Origin: Ignavibacteriota bacterium
GTDB taxonomy: Bacteria > Bacteroidota > Ignavibacteria > UBA10030 > UBA6906
DNA length: 64,000 bases
Direction: 5' to 3'
NCBI GenBank assembly: GCA_963801355.1
Contig: CAWDEM010000008.1
Location: forward strand, 2,240,001-2,304,000
The notes below the pieces were generated by a model. The model was not told where the DNA came from, did not search any database, and saw only the letters and a program-made list of their open reading frames with translations. This document shows, one piece after another, positions 61,760 to 64,000 of the stretch (positions are counted from its first letter, which is position 1; every line of letters begins with the position of its first letter). A program made the translations under genes and the position numbers.

Positions 61760-62850
61760 CTCACAACGCAGGTCCACACGTGATTGTGGTCGGCACACGC
61801 GATCTCGGCCCCCAGTACACCGACAATCCCCACCGTATGATCGGCCAGGACGGTGCCTTTTCGATACCTTGCGGCCGGCAGACTTTCTGGTACTTCGGCG
61901 ATACTCTCGTGGGCCAACGGACGCCGAACGAAAGCCTCTGGTACCCCGGTGGGAAGGCCGTAGGCCCGGAGGATATGTCAGGCAAGCGTGGGATCGAACG
62001 GATGCTGAACAACACCGGACTTCTTCTCTCCGATGAGGATGGACAGAACGGTTTGGCCCATTATCAATATGTGTGTGATCTCAATGGAAACCTCCGTCCG
62101 CTCATACCACTTGAGAAAGGCGAAGATCCGGACAAACACCGCATCTGGTGCCTCCACGGCATCTGCCTCGCAAACAAAATGGTCCTCTTCTTCATCAAAG
62201 TGGAGATGCTTCCCGAAGGTCCGCTCCCGGTGAATTTCCGCGTCGTCGGTTCAGGAATGGCTGTGGGCGAAACTGGGGTGTGGCTGTTCCAACGCATCTA
62301 TCATGGCAACAGCTGCATCCTCTGGGGTGAACATGATCCTCATTTTGCCGCGGCGGTTCTCCGAACGGACGAGGTCCGGTGGCTGTGCCTCTACGGAGCG
62401 AAGCAAGGACATACCGGCATCCAATCCGCATTCCTTGCCCGGGTGCACCCAGAACAGATCGACCAGCCTTGGACGTACGAGTACCTGTCATCCCCCGTAC
62501 CATTGTGGAGTCCCCGGGTGGCTGACGCCATTCCGGTTTTTCACGACATGCCCAATGAACTGTCGGTCTCCTGGAATGCCCACCTCGGTGCGTACCTTGC
62601 CGTACATTCGCTTTGTCTGTCAGGGGACATTGTTGCCAGGACCGCACCATTCCCCTGGGGACCATGGAGTGCTCCTGCTGTGCTCTGGAGCGTTCGCCCC
62701 GAACGTCAACGCCCGCTTCCCTACCCCCCGCTGATTTATGCGGGGAAAGAGCATCCGTCGCTGAGCCGTGAGAACGGGAGGATCCTCTACATTACCTATG
62801 TCGAGTTCGAGGAGTACTTCCCCCATCTCGTAGAAATCACGCTGGCGTGA
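61756..62850 (+). CDS. DUF4185-family beta-propeller protein (GH183-like)
   Basis: GQDG, W.FGDT, LARV...YEY....W, ELSVSWN, ARTA..PWGPWS and Y...HP; ATGA-coupled to lgt; no signal peptide. Confidence 0.68.
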   Translation: MTHNAGPHVIVVGTRDLGPQYTDNPHRMIGQDGAFSIPCGRQTFWYFGDTLVGQRTPNESLWYPGGKAVGPEDMSGKRGIERMLNNTGLLLSDEDGQNGLAHYQYVCDLNGNLRPLIPLEKGEDPDKHRIWCLHGICLANKMVLFFIKVEMLPEGPLPVNFRVVGSGMAVGETGVWLFQRIYHGNSCILWGEHDPHFAAAVLRTDEVRWLCLYGAKQGHTGIQSAFLARVHPEQIDQPWTYEYLSSPVPLWSPRVADAIPVFHDMPNELSVSWNAHLGAYLAVHSLCLSGDIVARTAPFPWGPWSAPAVLWSVRPERQRPLPYPPLIYAGKEHPSLSRENGRILYITYVEFEEYFPHLVEITLA

Positions 62851-62867
62851 ACAAGGGAGCCACCGCC

Positions 62868-63455
62868 ATGCTTCGTCTTTTCATCGCAATCGCAACGCCC
62901 CCGTCTGCTCTCCCCTCCCTCGCGAAAGCCCGGGACATCCTTCGAGAATCCGGAGCTGACGTAAAGTGGGAACCCACAGAAAAACTCCATTGCACAGTCA
63001 AGTTTCTCGGAGACACACGCGAAGAACTGGTTCCATCCATCACGGACCGGTTGTCGCACATTGCCTCTGTAATCCCCCCGTTTCGTGTAAGTTATAGAGG
63101 CGTCGGTTGTTTCCCTGGGCCCCGGGACCCGCGCATTATCTGGGCCGGCATGGAAGATCCCGAAGGCACTCTGAAAGAGCTCTTCAGATCTGCCGACGAG
63201 GCAATGTCCACTCTCGGCTTCGAACGCGAACGCCGTGCCTTTCATCCCCATGTCACCCTGGGACGCGTCAGAGGCACACGCCGAATACGTGAATTGCTTG
63301 CATCAATGGAAACCGTTATCTTGGACAACCCTCCAGTTGCGATTCAAGACATTGAACTGGTCAAGAGCACCCTTGAGCCGGGCGGCTCACGGTATTCATT
63401 GGTGGCGGAGATGAATCTGGGGGAGGGAACTCAAGGTCCGAGGTCCAGGGTTTAG
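62868..63455 (+). CDS. thpR: RNA 2',3'-cyclic phosphodiesterase (2'-5' RNA ligase family)
   Basis: RLFIAI and two HxT motifs (HCTVKFLG, HPHVTLGR); ATG 62868 follows GGGAG (alternative start GTG 62847). Confidence 0.93.
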   Translation: MLRLFIAIATPPSALPSLAKARDILRESGADVKWEPTEKLHCTVKFLGDTREELVPSITDRLSHIASVIPPFRVSYRGVGCFPGPRDPRIIWAGMEDPEGTLKELFRSADEAMSTLGFERERRAFHPHVTLGRVRGTRRIRELLASMETVILDNPPVAIQDIELVKSTLEPGGSRYSLVAEMNLGEGTQGPRSRV

Positions 63456-63595
63456 CGGCTGGGGCAGGGCCAGGCGTCTGACCCCGAAATTGGATCACCC
63501 CATGATCCCGGAAACGCCACACGTATGGTTATTTTGGTGCAGCAACCGAAAAAATGGCAATTTCACGCTACTAATGGGAAACACCGGAGACAGTC

Positions 63596-64000
63596 ATGAC
63601 TGACGAGAAAGACGCAAAAGCGCAAGCACTGAAAATCGCAATCGAACAGATCGAAAAGCAGCACGGCAAAGGCTCCGTGATGCGCCTGGGGGAGGGTCCA
63701 ATTGCAGTGGTGGAGGTCATTTCGACGGGATCGATCTCTCTTGATGCCGCCCTCGGCATCGGCGGCATCCCGCGCGGACGCGTTATCGAAGTATTCGGAC
63801 CCGAATCCTCGGGCAAAACCACCCTGTGCCTCCACATGATTGCCGAGGCCCAACGCCGCGGAGGCATCGCTGCGTTCGTGGACGCCGAGCATGCCCTGGA
63901 TCTCAATTATGCCAAGAAGCTGGGCGTCGATACCAATAATCTCCTCCTCTCCCAGCCGGAGTTCGGCGAGCAGGCGCTTGAGATCGTGGAAACACTCGTG
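63596..64000 (+). CDS. recA: Recombinase RecA, 3' end outside window (absent from ORF track)
   Basis: Hand translation: [32 protein letters not shown]...[34 protein letters not shown]...FVDAEHALD...[12 protein letters not shown]. Confidence 0.98.
   Translation, partial: MTDEKDAKAQALKIAIEQIEKQHGKGSVMRLGEGPIAVVEVISTGSISLDAALGIGGIPRGRVIEVFGPESSGKTTLCLHMIAEAQRRGGIAAFVDAEHALDLNYAKKLGVDTNNLLLSQPEFGEQALEIVETLV

Noticed and set aside
33511-62850. Island as an active mobile element or prophage
   Set aside because: No integrase, transposase, relaxase, phage gene or flanking tRNA was seen.
63492-63602. Palindromes near recA (GGATCA-N5-TGATCC; CAGTCATGACTG over the start codon) as a LexA box or second FadR site
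   Set aside because: They are short single occurrences, their spacing differs from the 34787 operator, and they match no LexA motif I can confirm.
1-64000. rRNA, tRNA or CRISPR array
   Set aside because: Coding density is very high, and no intergenic gap (all under about 250 nt) shows a cloverleaf, rRNA signature or repeat-spacer periodicity.

Overview
GC-rich bacterial chromosome segment, most consistent with an Ignavibacteria-like member of the Bacteroidota/Chlorobi group. This is an inference from T9SS C-terminal domains and a PorV-like gene occurring together with E. coli-type TTGnnn-17-TAnnnT promoters, Shine-Dalgarno sites and futalosine-type menaquinone genes. Positions 1-33.5 kb are core genome: a futalosine menaquinone cluster with a MqnE-MqnA fusion, guaA, an OTC/carbamate kinase/putative arginine synthetase (ArcE-like) operon, gcvP/gcvH, efp-accB-accC, purM, valS, deoC, mltG, tsaD, rpmB and pgsA-pgpA-cinA. 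Between cinA and thpR-recA lies a co-directional ~29 kb, 18-gene carbohydrate-utilisation island with no SusD. It encodes a TonB-dependent receptor, a CTD-bearing protein and a PorV-like barrel, three GH38-like paralogues with different predicted locations, an ABC sugar importer, an unassigned six-hairpin-type hydrolase, an esterase, a ROK kinase, an extended mannose-6-phosphate isomerase, Lgt and a DUF4185 (GH183-like) protein. I saw no rRNA, tRNA, CRISPR array, integrase or transposase. All calls come from motif recognition by eye; no database searches were run.
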